From assembly GCA_002269645.1 (NCBI GenBank), contig NIVC01000953.1, forward strand, positions 155,302-219,301: a DNA stretch of 64,000 bases, read 5' to 3'. Positions 38,201-50,699 of this stretch are shown here, piece by piece. The translations under genes and the position numbers were made by a program. The notes beneath the pieces were generated by a model. That model saw only the letters and a list, made by a program, of their open reading frames with translations, did no database searches and had not been told where the DNA came from. Each line of letters opens with the position of its first letter. Within the stretch, counting starts at the first letter, position 1. Source of the stretch: Macrostomum lignano (lineage: Eukaryota).

Positions 38201-38312
38201 GACAAGAAAAAATATTTTCAGCACTTACTGACTTGAGAACATCTATTTCTATAGGAAGTGATGAAGTCTTTATCTGAAAGGAGTACATAGGAATTCGAGG
38301 TGCTCCCTCCAT
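21770..38312 (-). CDS. PTPN23: PTPN23/HD-PTP orthologue (BRO1 + V domain + low-complexity region + PTP-like domain). Exons 38312..38229, 36506..36432, 35598..35471, 33936..33537, 32977..32687, 32063..31839, 31155..30772, 29667..29239, 28870..25393, 22718..22325, 22044..21770
   Basis: MEGAPRIPM start, [50 protein letters not shown]; PTP-like PYDANRV..YLNAS; C-terminal [10 protein letters not shown]. All introns GT-AG with matching phases. Exon 9 needs two +1-nt corrections (about 26100 and about 25465). Confidence 0.92.
22850..25240. repeat. 22-bp minisatellite (GGGGGAATTATGGATGATTCTT), about 108 copies, PTPN23 intron 9
   Basis: Directly visible. Confidence 0.97.
26340..28360 (-). repeat. Coding tandem repeats in PTPN23 exon 9 (33-bp QQPGSATGG[Y/F]S units; GQFGSQPP units)
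   Basis: In-frame repeats inside a stop-free 2.8-kb frame linking the V and PTP domains. Confidence 0.85.
28925..29233. repeat. (GACA)n microsatellite, PTPN23 intron 8
   Basis: Directly visible. Confidence 0.95.
29715..30758. repeat. 19-bp polypyrimidine minisatellite (CTCCCTTCACTCCCCTCTC), intron 7
   Basis: Directly visible. Confidence 0.95.
31170..31815. repeat. About 26-bp minisatellite (CTGGCACTCCATGTCTCTCACTCTCT), intron 6
   Basis: Directly visible. Confidence 0.92.
32088..32650. repeat. 21-bp minisatellite (GAGAAATCGGGATTGGGATCT), intron 5
   Basis: Directly visible. Confidence 0.92.
33040..33525. repeat. About 25-30-bp AC-rich minisatellite (TTCCCAAAAAATCCCCAATATAAAC), intron 4
   Basis: Directly visible. 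Confidence 0.9.
34030..35413. repeat. 22-bp minisatellite (CTGTAAGTGATGCAGTGTCTCC), intron 3, interrupted by a MITE
   Basis: Directly visible. Confidence 0.95.
34217..34489 (-). mobile_element. MITE family A copy 1 (14-bp TIR CATACATGCGCAAC, 8-bp TSD CTGTAAGT)
   Basis: Perfect TIRs and TSD; homologous to 44573-44827 and 49459-49746 (opposite orientation). Confidence 0.88.
36870..37900. mobile_element. Degenerate fold-back/MITE-like element in PTPN23 intron 1
   Basis: About 36880-37050 is an imperfect reverse complement of about 37740-37900; internal TGTACGCC motifs recur. Confidence 0.45.
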
Positions 38313-39321
38313 TTTCTTGTACTGAATGTTAATAGTTTTTTTAATATTCAAAACTAAAAATCAGACAAGCAATCGCCTCGTATCTTGATCGGATTGTTCT
38401 TTGTAATTTCCAAAATTCTTATAGACGATTTGTACAGTCACGCTTAATTATTAGGAAAAGCTGGTCAACTAAATTCGCAGAAAAATAGTTATTTTAAATC
38501 TGTACGTCCAAAAACAAAAAGTAAATCAAAGTGGAATTAAAACATTTCCTAGTGTTATCTGAATAACAAACGGCATTAAAATAAGTTTGATGATATAAAC
38601 CATTAAAATAGTTTAAAAAAACACTTTTTCCGCAAAATGCGCATTTGACGGGCCATTACGTTACATAGTGTGTATGTCCCAAGGCTGGAGCAATGTTACA
38701 TATACTGCAGAATCCTTCAGACCTCTTAAAAGATGTATAATTCTAAAAGATTTTTTGAAAAGTACCTGGGGTGTCAATAAAGCTTCAGCGTACTTTACTG
38801 GTCATTGAATATACGTAAACAAACGCTTACTATTCGTAATAATTTGGCAAAAAGTACAGTCACATATACATCCATCCCGCAATTGGCCTTTCACAAACTT
38901 ACTTACATTTTAAATTAGGAGGATAATCTGCATTATTACTCGAACAATTTTTGGATAGTTTCATCTCTTGAATTGAGTTTCATCTCTCAACGTCCGAACA
39001 ACACTGTATTCTTTTGCGAAATTTGCATTGTCTATGACAAACGATTACTTAAAAGAAATGTATAATGCAGAATCCTAATAAATAATACAATTTTTACTGT
39101 AATTCGAGATGAAGTAAGTTTTAGTTAACTTTTCTTTTGAAGTGCATTCATAAGTTTTGTTTTAAGTATTGGTCTAACATAAGATTAAATGAATCGTACA
39201 ATAAATATTTAAAAAACATTTTGTTTTGATTTATTTTTCCGTTCTGGACTGTGCGAATTGCGTATTGAAGTTTTCTTTGCATTAAAGCAATTCATTCCGT
39301 TCTCCTGCATTGCTAAACAGA
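38313..39321. promoter_or_regulatory. Candidate bidirectional promoter region between PTPN23 and the hnRNP L-like gene
   Basis: Divergent ATGs (38312 minus, 39322 plus) are 1009 bp apart. Inference from arrangement. Confidence 0.55.
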
Positions 39322-42300
39322 ATGGCGTCTGAACCAGTAAGTATCTTTTTAAGTAGCTTTTTAAACATCACGGTAACAAGACCAGGGGTTGTAGAAAGAA
39401 AGTATTGTCTACTTTTGAGTATTGGCGTATTTCTAAATATACTAAATCTCTAAGGTTTTTATGCTTGTCCATATACTAAAAATGGTCTGTCGGTATCTTT
39501 CTATCTATCTAGGTATCTAGGTCTGCGATCGATTTTAGCAAAAACGGCTGAACCGATTTTGTTTGGTCACTGGTCAGATCGTCATATTCCATTTCGTCAT
39601 ATCGGATGACAAAGTGACCAGAAGCAAAGTAGCTTTGAAAAATAATATGACGAAGTGACCAAATATTTAGTTATGCTGGATACTTCGTCATCAAACCAAT
39701 CAATCTGTTTGAGATTCGAGTTAGTGTAAACTATTTTTGTCTTTATGAACTATAAGCTGCGGAAAGCAGAACCGATCAATCGGCAGGTTTTATCAATTGA
39801 GATGACAAAATGACTGGGATGATTAGGATTCCATGTAAATAGGGCCTATGTTGGACTTCTTCAAGTTTATGTTGATAAAATAGTTTCAATTTGGATAGGA
39901 TCATAATTTTGTCTCTATAGAGGTTTTTGATGGTGCTGATTTCAAATTTGAGCTCCATTTTTAGGTAGCTTTAACCCAATTATATGTAGCTTAAAACCAA
40001 CCACCGGGGCGTGGGGAATAGGGGGGTTTAGGGTAGAGAGATTCTTCATGGGGATTGATTTTATCAACATAAACTTGAATAGAGGCATAGAGACTTATTC
40101 AAGATTGTGCTGATAAATTCCAATTCTAATAGGGGGGGGGGGGTTGTAGCTTAAAACCAACCACCGGGGCATGGGGAATGGGGGGGTTTAGGGCCATAGC
40201 TGGGAAGGTGGCAGTTTTTGGTGAATTTTCCGGCGCAAATTGGCCCTTTTTTGGCACACATGGCGCACACGGCGTACAAGGAAAAATTGGAAATGCTCTA
40301 GCGGCGCACATGGCGCATGGTGCTGAAAAAATATATAGTTACATTTCGTTATACTTTGCAAAATATATAGTGTCAGGCCTAATTCCATAATTCGTAAAAT
40401 AAAATTACGTAAATTACGTAAATCACAATATAAAATACGTAAATGAAATTCAAATTTGTCTACTGTAAATTCCTTACGGTAGAATAAATACCTTACCTTA
40501 CCTTACCTTACCTTAGACTTACCTTATCATGGTGCGCTGCGGCGCACAAAATCTCTTCTTCATGGCGCACGGCGCACAGTGCTCAAAAGCCATCAAAATA
40601 GTTCCGGCGCACACTGTGCCACCTTCCCAACTATGGGTTTAAGGTAGGGAGATTCTTCATGGGGATTGATTTTATCAACATAAACTTGAATAGAGGCATA
40701 GAGACCTATTCAAGATTGTGCTGATAAATTCCAATTCTAACAAGGGGAGAGGAAGGTTATAGCTTAAAACCAACCCCGAGGCATGGGGAATAGGGGGTTT
40801 TAAGGTAGAAAGATTCTTCATGGGGATTGATTTTATCAACATAAACTTGAATAGAGGCATAGAGACCTATTCAAGATTGTGCTGATAAATTCCAATTCTA
40901 ACAAGGGGAGAGGAGGGTTATAGCTTAAAACCAACCACCGAGGCATGGGGAATGGGGGGTTTTAAGGTAGAAAGATTCTTCATGAGGATTGATTTTATCA
41001 ACATAAACTTGAATAGAGGCATAGAGACCTATTCAAGATTGTGCTAATAAATTCCAATTCTAATAGGGGGGGGGGTTGTAGCTTAAAACCAACCACCGGG
41101 CATGGGGAATGGGGGGTTTTAAGGTAGGGAGATTCTTCATGGGGATTGATTTTATCAACATAAACTTGAATAGAGGCACAGAGACCTATTCAAGATTGTG
41201 CTGATAAATTCCAATTCTAATAGGGGGGGGGGGGTTGTAGCTTAAAACCAACCACCGGGGCATGGGAATGGGGGGTTTTAGGGTAGGGAGATTCTTCATG
41301 GGGATTGATTTTATCAACATAAACTTGAATAGAGGCATAGAGACCTATTCAAGATTGTGTTGATAAATTCCAATTCTAATAGGGGGGGGGGGGTTGAAAC
41401 AAGTTGGAATTTATTTGACAATGAATCTCTGTTTAATTATATCAACATAAACTTAAATCAACATAACTTTATCTAAATGAATTTGCTTACCAAAATTAAG
41501 TGCTTTTACTGCCTTAATACAATAGAATTAGTAATCTAGCCTTGTACAGTAGTTGGTTTTGAGGTGCAAAATACAAGTGCGAGTTTTGAACATTGCTTCG
41601 GGTGGGTGCAGTGAAAGTGCAAGTGCAAAGATTGAGCAGGTTGTGACGTGGCAGTTTTAAAAAAAAGCATACAGTGATGTGGCACTGTCTATGCATTATA
41701 ACTAGATTGAAAAACTATAATCCGCAAACATAAAAAACATTTGCATATTAATTTGTAGATATTAATATTTATCTTTAATTGGCCTAATGAAGTTCTAGCA
41801 CATGTGCCATAAAATTAAAAGTCAAGTGGATACACTTTCAAAAATGTATTTGTAGAAACTTTTTCTCACTGAACCTCATTAAGAGAATAGGGAATCAAGT
41901 AAATCGTCATTGCATCAACCGTACAGGTAACTTTCTACACTTTTTTTTGCATTTTTGTAATTTTGGGTGCCCCATAAGTCTCCACCGCAAGTTTCAGAAA
42001 AATCAAAAAATCGGAAGTATTTTATAAACATAAACTTAAAGAAGTCCCCTATGTTTAATTGCCACATTAATTCACTTGGAAGTTGGAACTGGTAGTTGAC
42101 GAAATGACTCTCTTGAGATAGTGCATGCAAATTAAGATGACAAAGTGACCCTAGTTGAGGTGAGCACCCCAGACACCCCAGATGACGAAGTGACTAATAA
42201 CCTTTTGTTCGAACTTGCACTGTTCGAACTGTTCTGATATACTGTTCTGATTCTAACTTCTGGTTATATTTAATTTCGGTTTTTGTTTTTTTTGGCACAT

Positions 42301-45300
42301 GTTACAAAAGTTGGCGTATATTTAAAATTTGTTGGTGTATAATTCCCTATAGGAAAAAGTTGTAAAACTGCGGACAGTGTCCGGCGCACTTTTGAAATTT
42401 TTCTAAAGCGCAGCGCGCACAGGCGCAGCGCCTGCGCGTGCTGCCCTTTCTTACTGGCTGCTGCTCTAGCAAATACATATACATGGAAATGGGTATAATA
42501 CCTCTGTTGAAGGGGCTTATACACTCGTAATTTATTAAGCTTAGAGATGTTCCAAAAATTCAATTTCAATTTTCCAAAATTTGAAATTTTTTAGAGCAAA
42601 TTTCAATTCCGAAATAAAATTTAGAAGTGAAAATTTTGGTAGTGTCTAAAAAGTCGCTAAAAATAAACTACTTTCTACTACATATACATGTATTACTTTT
42701 TGTTTAAGCAGTAAATTGAAAGTAGAAAAGTGAGTGTTGATCATACTAAACTTTGTTTTTCTGAATTATGATTTCGGGAAATTTTGATTTTGATTTTGGA
42801 AAGTTAGCGAATTTTGATTTCAACAAAACTGCAGATCTTTCGGAACATCTCTAATAATCCTAAAGCGCGGTAAAATAGTTTGACTCTTTTCTAAAGCGTG
42901 TGTCTGCGGGTTTTAACATTTATTCCAATAGGGGTATAATTGAAAATTCAATGAAAATGTGTCTAGCATTCACAGAAAACTTTTCGCAATATAGACATTA
43001 GGTTATTCCAATTCTCTATATTCCATAGCTGTAGGGTCCCTAATATTACCATATTCCTATAGTTCCCATAGCTGTAGCCATAGTTTTAACAAAGTCTAAA
43101 AAAACAAAATTGCTTGCTATCTAGGTGGATGCTTCTTCAATATTTGGGGGATGCTTTCTATCTGTAGGATACTTGCTATTTGGGTGGATACTTCAAAAAT
43201 ATCTGGCAGATGTTTGCTATCTGCAAATGCTTACTATAGTGATGGATTAAAATTATAAGTCACTTTTATTGGTATGGGCATGCACTCAAATTTTTTTGGT
43301 GTTCATTTGTAATTATTCAATTTTTGTACTCAGTGTGATCTAGATATTATTTGCCATACTTGTATACTACATGCATCAGGTACCTTGGTGTGTGCTATTA
43401 TTGTGCACCAAGTGTAGTAGGGACCCTTGGTATATGCTGTGATTGTACACCAAGTGTGCCAGGGACCCTTTGTATATGCAAGAATTTTCTAGTACATAGG
43501 CCACCTTGATTTTGGATAATAATTAAACATTGAAACAAAATTTGTGCATTTTGATTTTCCATTATAAATAGTTTAGGCAAGAAAGACAAATAATCAACCA
43601 AATTAATATGCAAAAGAGTCCGTGACCTAGATTTGTAAGTGTAGGCATATATTCAATTTTTTGGCATGGATTTGTAACTCTTCAATTTTTGTTTGGACTT
43701 GTACCCAGCATGATTTGGACTATGGTGTACATCAAAGTTGTATACTTTTTCATTTTTAAATTCATTATTCATGTAGAGTAACAAACTTAGTTATATAGAG
43801 TTAACTTAGGACAGGGGAGAATAAGCAAGGAGATAATTAGGGACTATTATGTCAACTTAAGCTCATAAAGTAACGAGTCCTTTTGCTAAACCTAGTTTCT
43901 TAGTATCATTGTAAGTAAAATGATATATCATTTATATACATAGGTTGTTTAGGCTCCACTTTATAAGCTTAAGTTGATAAGCCCTTTTTTAAAAGGTAGA
44001 TTTTTACAAAATATATGATATAAAATGGGTGTAATAATTTTAAGCACAAAATTTGGTATTTTTGATTGTAAGCAGACCCTGTGTTCTTTTGATATCACTT
44101 CATTTTCTTTGGCTCTATTGCTATTTACAGAGCTTTTCTTTTAAAAAGTTGGATTCTACAATATTTTTTGTTATATAGACATTTCTATGCCTTAAAATAA
44201 AAAAAATGATTTAGTTCAAATTAGTGTTCTACCTTAAGAAGGGGCCATGTGCCATAAGCCATAGCTATAAGCAAAACTATGGCTTATTCCAATTCTCTGT
44301 ATTCTGTAGCGTAGGGACCCTAATATTACCATATTCTTGTAGTTCCTGTAGCCATAGCCATAGTTTTAACAAAAAGTCCAGGAAACAAAATATTTTAATC
44401 AAGAAGATAGTGCTTAAACAACTGCAAATTTAAGGTAGAAAATATAACAAACACTTGATTGCCTTTTACAGAGTAAAGTCTATAATACAGTTACTAAAGT
44501 ATCTTTGTTTTACTTTACCTTTTTCTAAAATAAATATATATTTTTAAACTAATAACTATGGTAATGGGAATCCATACATGCGCAACCTTCCTGATTTACA
44601 CTGGCCATGCAACTTACTTTTTGACAAAAAATGCGACTTACCTGTGAAAAAACCTAATGCAATTTTGGGTAAACGGCAAGAGTAACTATGACTGTCTTAT
44701 AAGGGCTAAATGTCTCGTCATCTAATTAGTACTACGTCTGTAATTTTTAGGCTGGGCATTTTTGCGACTTACCCCTGGTCCACCACAATTTACGGTGGCC
44801 AGGTCGGCCAGCAGTTGCGCATGTATGGGAATCTATGGAATGTGACAACAACTACCATATTTCTGTAGTTGTAGCCATAAGAGCAGCTATCTACCATAAG
44901 CATATCTGCAGTTGCCATAGGCACCTATTTTACCATATTTGCCATAAGATCCTGTAGCCGTAGTAGCTACAGCAGAACACTAGCTCAAATTATTGGTGTA
45001 TAAATCTTTATTGTCCCTAAAAGATTATATTAACTAAAATTTTATAATTTCTATCCACCACAATAAAACAAACAGAAACGCTTCAAAGTGGAAGAATGCG
45101 CGCCAAGCAAGGTGATCCTAATCATGGATTTAAACAATTCAATCTCTGACGCCGACATTGTGGCCCTATTCAGTCGCTATGGCAACGTTGTTGATATGCT
45201 CCGTTTAAAATCCGGCCGATCGGCTCTATTGGAATTTGACGATGTAAGCGTATCAAAAATGATGGTCTCGCAGTCTAAGGTGAACTCATTCTACATCGGC

Positions 45301-48300
45301 TCCAATCCTGTGAAGATGGCGTTTGGCAATAGTCCCAATATTATTAGGAAGAGCGGCGCTCCAGTCACTTCTCTCAGCATCCTAGGCTATTGGCCTCATC
45401 CCAATGGCCCGTCTGGGCAACAGAATGGCGCTATGATGATGGGCGGCCCACCGCCTCAGCATTCAATGCCGCCTCAGATGATGCAGCAGCAGCAGCCACC
45501 GCCGCAGCAGCCAGCTCCGGTGCCAGCTGCTCCGAGCCTAGCTATACAAGGCCTGCCAGGTCGCGTACTGCTGTTTAGCATTACCAACGCTACCTATCCC
45601 ATCACTGTTGACGTTATGAAGGCTATCTGTTCTCCTAATGGCAACTTGCTGCGCGTCAGCATTGGACCGAAGAAGGCCGACAATTCCTTGGAAGCTTTGG
45701 TAAGCTTAGCCATCCCCATCTTGGGTCCCAGATTTAAGCCATCCCCATCTTAGATCCCAGATTTGAGCCATCCCTATCTTAGATCCCAGATTTGAGCCAT
45801 CCCTATCTTAGATCCCAGATTTGAGCCATCCGCATCTTGGATCCCAGATTTGAGCCATACGCATCTTGGATCCCTGATTTGAGCCATCCGCATCTTGGAT
45901 CCCAGATTTGAGCCATCCCCATCTTGGATCCCTGATTTGAGCCATCCTTTATCTTAGATCCCAGATTTGAGCCATCCCTATCTTAGATCCCAGATTTAAG
46001 CCATCCCCATCTTGGATCCCAGATTTGAGCCATCCCTATCTTGGATCCCAGATTTGAGCCATCCCTATCTTGGATCCCAGATTTGAGCCATCCGCATCTT
46101 GGATCCCAGATTTGAGCCATCCCTATCTTGGATCCCAGATTTGAGCCATCCGCATCTTGGATCCCAGATTTGAGCCATCCCTATCTTGGATCTCAGATTT
46201 GAGCCATCCCCATCTTGGATCCCAGATTTGAGCCATCCCCATCTTGGATCCCAGATTTGAGCCATCCCCATCTTGGATCCCAGATTTGAGCCATCCCCAT
46301 CTTGGATCCCAGATTTGAGCCATCCCCATCTTGGATCCCAGATTTGAGCCATCCCCATCTTGGATCCCAGATTTGAACATGCCAGTTTCACAACCCAAAT
46401 TAAAGATGCTCTAGCATAACTTCAGTTTTGCGACCGCTAATCTACAAGCTATCCCAAACACCCTCAGGTGGAATTCGAGAACGTGGGAGACGCCAACAAG
46501 GCCATCGAGAATCTGAACGGCGCTGATATCTACAGCGGCTGCTGCACTCTAAACATCACCGTCAGCCATCTGCCTGTGCTGCAAGTCTATAAAAACGATT
46601 CAGAATCGTTCGACTTTACTAATCCAAATTTGGGCGCGGAGAAAACTCCCTTGTTGGGGTCGGCTCCGCCGCAGCAGCAGGCTCCGCCGCAGCACCCAGC
46701 TGCCAGTTACCAGATGCAGCAGCCGCCGCCATACCAGCAGCAGCCTCCTCCGTTCGGAGGGCCTCCTGGCATGATGGGGCCGCAGAGTGGCATGCCACCG
46801 CCGCCTCAGCAGCAGCAGCAGCAGCAATTCAATCCGCAGGACATGTCCTGGATGTTTCAGAAAGGCGAAGGCACAGTTGTGATGGCCTACAATTTGCCGC
46901 CTGGCCTGACCTGCCAGAATATTTTTAACATCACCTGTTTGTACGGCAATGTGGCCAGGGTGAAGTTTCTCAAGTCTAGAGAAGGCTGCGCCATGGTGCA
47001 GATGGGCACGTCTGAACAGAGTGGCTACGTTGTTGACAACCTGAGCGGTCTGACTATCTTTGGTCAGAAGGTGGAAGTCTGTCGCAGCAAGCAGCCGGAG
47101 GTTCAGGTGAGATTTTTAAAAAAGGTTTAAATTAAAAGCAAATTTAATTGACATTGCTGTTTTGTTGATTCAAAAGATTTAGAAGGTACCAGTTTAATAG
47201 TCAGGTAAATTGTTAATTATGTACAAAGCTCTCTGGTACAGGTGGTTAATTAGGTAGGTACAAGACTTTCTGGTACAGGTTTATTGGGTAGTTACAAGGC
47301 TTTTTAGTACAGGTTTATTGGGTAGGTACAAGGCTTTTTAGTACAGGTTTATTGGGTAGGTACAAGGCTCTGGTACAGGTGGTTAATTAGGTAAGTACAA
47401 GGCTCCCTGGTACAGGCTTATTGGGTAGGTACAAGGCTCTCTGGTACAGGTTTATTGGGTAGGTACAGGGCTTTGTAGTACAGGTTTATCAGGTAGGTAC
47501 AAGGCTCAGGTACAGGTTTATTGGGTAGGTACAAGGCTTTTTAGAACAGGTTTATCAGGTAGGTACAAGGCTCTGGTACATGTTTATTGAATAGAAACAA
47601 TGCTCTCATGTACAGGCCTATTTTGTGCTTGAGGCGATAGTGAAAGTTTTTTAGATTAAATTTATTTGGTGTCTGCTCCATAATCTATTTAATTAATATT
47701 ATACATTAATTCGCAGGTGGCATCCAAGCCTGAATTGATGGAGAACGGCACCCCGATCTCGGTCTGTTACGAGGACAGCGTCAACAACCGATTCAAGCGG
47801 CCGGACATGTTCACCAAGTCGCGCCTAGTGGCCCCAACTAAGACTCTGCACTTCTTTAACTTTCCTCTCGGCGTCACCGAAAACGATTTGCGGCAGTTTT
47901 TTCTGCAGCATGGCGGACCGCTGCCTGATAAAGCTGTCGTGTTCAAGCCCAAGCAGCAGGACCAGCGCGCTGCTATCGGTGCGAGTCCCTGTTTATGCCA
48001 GGTTTGGGGTCACGAGACCCCCCTACATAATCAAATGGCTGGAATCATGAGACGCCCCTCATATAGAACCAAATGGCTGGGGTCATGAGACCTCTATATA
48101 ATCAAATGGCTGGGGTCATAAGGCCTCTATATAATCAAATAGCTGGGGTCATAAGGTCTTTATATAATCAAATGGCTGGGGTCATGAGACCCCTTCCTAT
48201 AGAACCAAATGGCTGGGGTCATGAGACCCCCCTATATAATCAAATAGCTGGGGTCATAAGGCCTCTATATAATCAAATGGCTGGGTTCATAAGGCCTCTA

Positions 48301-48746
48301 TAAAATCAAAGAGCCGGGGTCACTAGACCCCCTATACAATAAAAAATGATCTGGGTTGGCAGCCCCATATCTAAAGCAGGGATCGAGAGTGAAAAGTGTC
48401 AGCCAGCAACCAATCAAATCCCTCTGTTAAAGCTATATATAAATTAATCTTCCAATCATTTCAAGGCCTAGTTGAGTTCGACACAGTTGAGAACGCCGTA
48501 TTAGCCCTGATGCGATCCAATCACGCCGAGGTGAAGCTCAGCGAACGGGCCAAGTTTCACGCTAAATTGTCGTTCAGCAACAAACCTATCGACCCAGCTG
48601 ACTCTGCCGTTGTCAATTTCAAGCTGAAGGCTGAGCAGCAGCAGCAGCAGCCTTCTGCTCCTGCCCAGCCTCCGTCTGGGGATGGCGCCACTACAATCTC
48701 TAAGCCGCCAGTCGTAGCCCCTAATAACGGTGTCAAATCCGAGTGA
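39322..48746 (+). CDS. hnRNP L/LL (smooth)-like 4-RRM protein: join(39322..39336,45076..45699,46468..47106,47717..47978,48466..48746), 606 aa
   Basis: VLLFSITNATYPITVDVMKAIC, ALVEF....A..A...LNGADIYSGCCTL, NIFNITCLYGNVARVKFLKS..G.AMVQM, PTKTLHFFN, GLVEF....AV.AL...NH are hnRNP L hallmarks. All splice phases are consistent. Confidence 0.92.
39965..41400. repeat. About 160-bp tandem satellite, about 6 copies, interrupted by a MITE
   Basis: GCTTAAAACCAAC recurs at 39989, 40149, 40762, 40923, 41081 and 41240. Confidence 0.92.
40194..40636. mobile_element. MITE family B (20-bp TIR CCATAG[C/T]TGGGAAGGTGGCA; near-perfect 8-bp TSD GTTTAGGG/GTTTAAGG)
   Basis: Inserted in the 160-bp satellite; many subterminal GGCGCACA motifs. 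Confidence 0.75.
42542..42853. mobile_element. hAT-like MITE (TIR TAGAGATGTTCC[A/G]AA)
   Basis: Inverted termini visible; TSD not conserved. Confidence 0.5.
44573..44827 (+). mobile_element. MITE family A copy 2 (CpG-decayed)
   Basis: TIR CATACATGCGCAAC; flanks share at least GGAATC. Confidence 0.85.
45706..46380. repeat. 29-bp minisatellite (GAGCCATCCCCATCTTGGATCCCAGATTT), hnRNP L-like intron 2
   Basis: Directly visible; begins 7 nt after the donor. Confidence 0.95.
47225..47615. repeat. About 31-bp degenerate minisatellite, intron 3
   Basis: GGTACAGGTTTATTGGGTAGGTACAAGGCT units. Confidence 0.85.
48010..48335. repeat. About 34-bp degenerate minisatellite, intron 4
   Basis: ATAATCAAATGGCTGGGGTCATAAGGCCTCTAT units. 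Confidence 0.85.
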
Positions 48747-49458
48747 GGCTCTCATCGAAGGTAAAAAGTGCGCTGTGGCATGCTTTGTTATTTAAATATA
48801 TTGTTTACTAATGCCATTTGACAGTGTAGGCTAGCCATTATTTTAGCTATTCTAGAAATTATAATTGTCTTAATTATATAGACTAGCAAAGTTCACAGCA
48901 ATATTAATCTATGATGATGAATTAATAAACCTTAATTGATAAAAATTTGCTCTCATGCTTCTTTTCTGTTCCAGTTAAACGCATGGCCTATTCATCCTAG
49001 AGACACATAAAAATGTTTTGTGACACGATGGCAAAATATTAATAATAACAATAATTAACTGACAGTTACTGTCACGAGGACTTAACTTTATATCTAAACT
49101 ATGAATTCTAATAAAACTCTTAGCGAACCATTTAATTCAGCTTTTTGTGTGTTACTCCTATGTTTGTGTTCATGTACTTATTTTAATGTAATGTAATACA
49201 TTATAGTGACATTAAGTTTAGCAGGGCAGCAGGGTCAAGTGTAGGAAGCTGAGCTCTATTGACTATTGCGTCATCATAAGTATGTATAATTATAATCGTG
49301 TTGAATTTAGTTTGCATAACTATATCGTATATTATACAATAGGCATAAATTATTTACTAATATTCAATCAGTTATGAAAATTTATAAACTGTAGGCTTAA
49401 CAATAAAAATGAAGTTAATTTGGCAGGCATATTTTCCAGCTAGTTAGCATATAGGTCA

Positions 49459-49746
49459 CATACATGCGCAACCTCGAAAATTCGGTCGGCCGTGTGACTT
49501 AGTTTTAACAAAAATGCGACGTAGTTTTTGGCCAAAAATGCGACTTACATGTAAAAAAACCCTAAAGCAAAATTATCGCAACTTTGGGTAAACGGCAGGA
49601 GTAACTATGACTGTCTTACTAAGCCAGAATGCCTCGTCAGCTACTTAGTACTACCACTTGGGTATTCTTTGGGTGGGCATTTTTGCGACTTCCTTGGTTG
49701 GCCGCCAAATCGGTCTGCCGGCTCGGCCGACTGTTGCGCATGTATG
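49459..49746 (+). mobile_element. MITE family A copy 3 (8-bp TSD ATAGGTCA)
   Basis: Perfect TIRs and TSD. Confidence 0.88.
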
Positions 49747-50699
49747 ATAGGTCAGGTGATATTTTATATTAGTTTAGTAAAATTGGCCTAATTTTTATTC
49801 AAAAAAAATTTCTTTTCATTCATACCTTGCACTTTAATAAGCCTGTCATTTGTGTACTACAGTGTCCAATTTAATATTAATATTGTCTATTCGATCCATA
49901 ATCAATCTATGGTTTTTAGTATATTCGACTATATTAAAAAATTCTATTTAGTGTTGCACCTTTAAAAAATCTAGGTAGGCTTCAAACTGTAGTTAATGCT
50001 TGTTATTTATCTTTATTTTATTATCTAATGCTATTTGTCTGCGTTCGCTATGCACGTCCCTATTCTTTGTTTGTTAATACCAGTAGTAAGAATAGTGTAT
50101 AAAGGTAGTATGTAGGCCTCTATTTTTCTCTCTCACTGCCCGTTGTCCACCAGTTTCTGTGGAAAAAACTAAATATTATGAAACACACAGTTGCTCTATT
50201 TTTTGCTCTCTAAAACTATGCGTAAACTCTTAATTCAATTTAACGACAAGTTTAAGGAAAAATCTATATTTTTAATTTGCCTAAAATATCAAATAAAATA
50301 GTTGCTTGTTATCGCAATGAATTCAACAACAAGTTTATTTTGTTGTTTAATGGTTTATTAAAGCCAGTGCGCTGTTTGGTTTTATTCAGGATATGCTTTT
50401 TTGTAAGGCCTTCACTGTCTTTGATAATTATTTTGGAAAATAAGCGCTAAATATCTGTTTGCTTTTGGCAGGCGCAGTGTGAATCCTTAGTTAGTAGCGA
50501 ATTAAAATGATAGTATTAAAACGTCAGTTAGCTAAATTTATTATTAAATTTATTTTTTTCTTACGTGTGGACAACACTTTAGGACAACTGCGAAGTGTAA
50601 CTAAAAAATTGTGTGTTATTAAGTATACTTGCAGGTACATTAGACTCTGACTATAAGATTTGATTTTGTACCACCCATAGGTTCACACATCGCCTATAA

